DNA of 64,000 nt from Rhodobacterales bacterium (GTDB lineage: Bacteria; Pseudomonadota; Alphaproteobacteria; Rhodobacterales; Rhodobacteraceae). The notes under the pieces are model-generated. The model saw nothing but the letters and a program-made list of their open reading frames with translations. It was not told where the DNA came from and searched no databases. This document shows positions 63,873 through 64,000 of the stretch, in pieces; the first letter of the stretch is position 1; every line of letters starts with the position of its first letter. The stretch lies in contig JBBSVE010000001.1 of assembly GCA_038233815.1 (NCBI GenBank), positions 7,341 to 71,340 of the forward strand, in the 5' to 3' direction. The position numbers were made by a program, and so were the translations under genes.

Positions 63873-64000
63873 GCCGTAGAGCTCGGCCGCACGGCGTTCA
63901 AACGCGCGCACGATGCGCCGCATCGCGTCGTTGAAGACGACACCGATGATGCCCTGCAGAATCGCGTTGCGGAACTCGAAATCGACGAAGAAGTCGACCT
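63873..64000 (-). CDS. SRPBCC/START-fold RatA (CoQ-binding COQ10-like) family protein, C-terminal part only (gene continues past the window edge)
   Basis: Reverse translation ...VDFFVDFEFRNAILQGIIGVVFNDAMRRIVRAFERRAAELYG matches the conserved C-terminus of the RatA/polyketide-cyclase family. Only the conserved part is annotated, because the in-frame stop is not reached until 63045 (see findings). Confidence 0.5.

Noticed and set aside
1-64000. Looked for CRISPR arrays, IS elements or terminal inverted repeats, integrons, prophage remnants, toxin-antitoxin or known defence-system genes, and rRNA.
   Set aside because: None were seen. There are no regularly spaced repeats, no transposase-, phage- or defence-type proteins in any frame of the track, and no rRNA-like sequence. 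Apart from the RatA-family fragment at the edge, which is usually a CoQ-binding housekeeping protein in this context, nothing resembles a toxin-antitoxin module.

Overview
Visibly GC-rich, densely coding alphaproteobacterial chromosome segment with Rhodobacteraceae-type synteny. GC content and skew were not computed. I can support about 57 protein genes and 2 tRNAs (Gly-CCC, Gln-UUG). I saw no rRNA, CRISPR, transposase/IS or prophage genes. Left to right: (1) 0.1-16.3 kb is a methylated-amine catabolic supercluster. It holds a LysR regulator and a soxBDAG-type four-subunit enzyme that context suggests is N-methylglutamate dehydrogenase mgdABCD. It also holds GlxA/AraC-type and XRE-cupin regulators, dimethylamine monooxygenase dmmDABC, N-methylglutamate synthase mgsABC and gamma-glutamylmethylamide synthetase gmaS. 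(2) SulP-STAS permease plus tandem USP, tRNA-Gly and an MDR oxidoreductase. (3) A SigK-like ECF sigma / RskA anti-sigma / fasciclin module, a RACo-like 2Fe-2S/ASKHA protein and a CNNM/TlyC protein. (4) An xerD operon, aroK-aroB, tRNA-Gln and a flavoprotein. (5) At 31.5 kb there is a dif-like XerCD site in an AT-rich convergent spacer. GGGNAGGG (KOPS-type) motifs flip polarity around it, from 9:0 on the left to 1:14 on the right (by-eye scan), so the window very likely spans a replication terminus. (6) SLC13 permease, tsf-rpsB, DUF502, a candidate orphan ~77-nt sRNA with its own promoter and a UUCG-loop terminator, an orphan family-5 SBP, DsbA-like, MFS, mfd, hemB, SYLF lipoprotein, HIBADH-like dehydrogenase and an Ntn acylase. 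(7) The conserved alphaproteobacterial block hflX-hfq-trkH-trkA-ntrX-ntrY-ntrC-ntrB-dusB on the minus strand, then ispDF-pgpA-cinA. Many long ORFs in the track are antisense shadow ORFs typical of high-GC DNA and are not reported. Several track ORFs were trimmed to internal starts supported by an RBS and family-typical N-termini.
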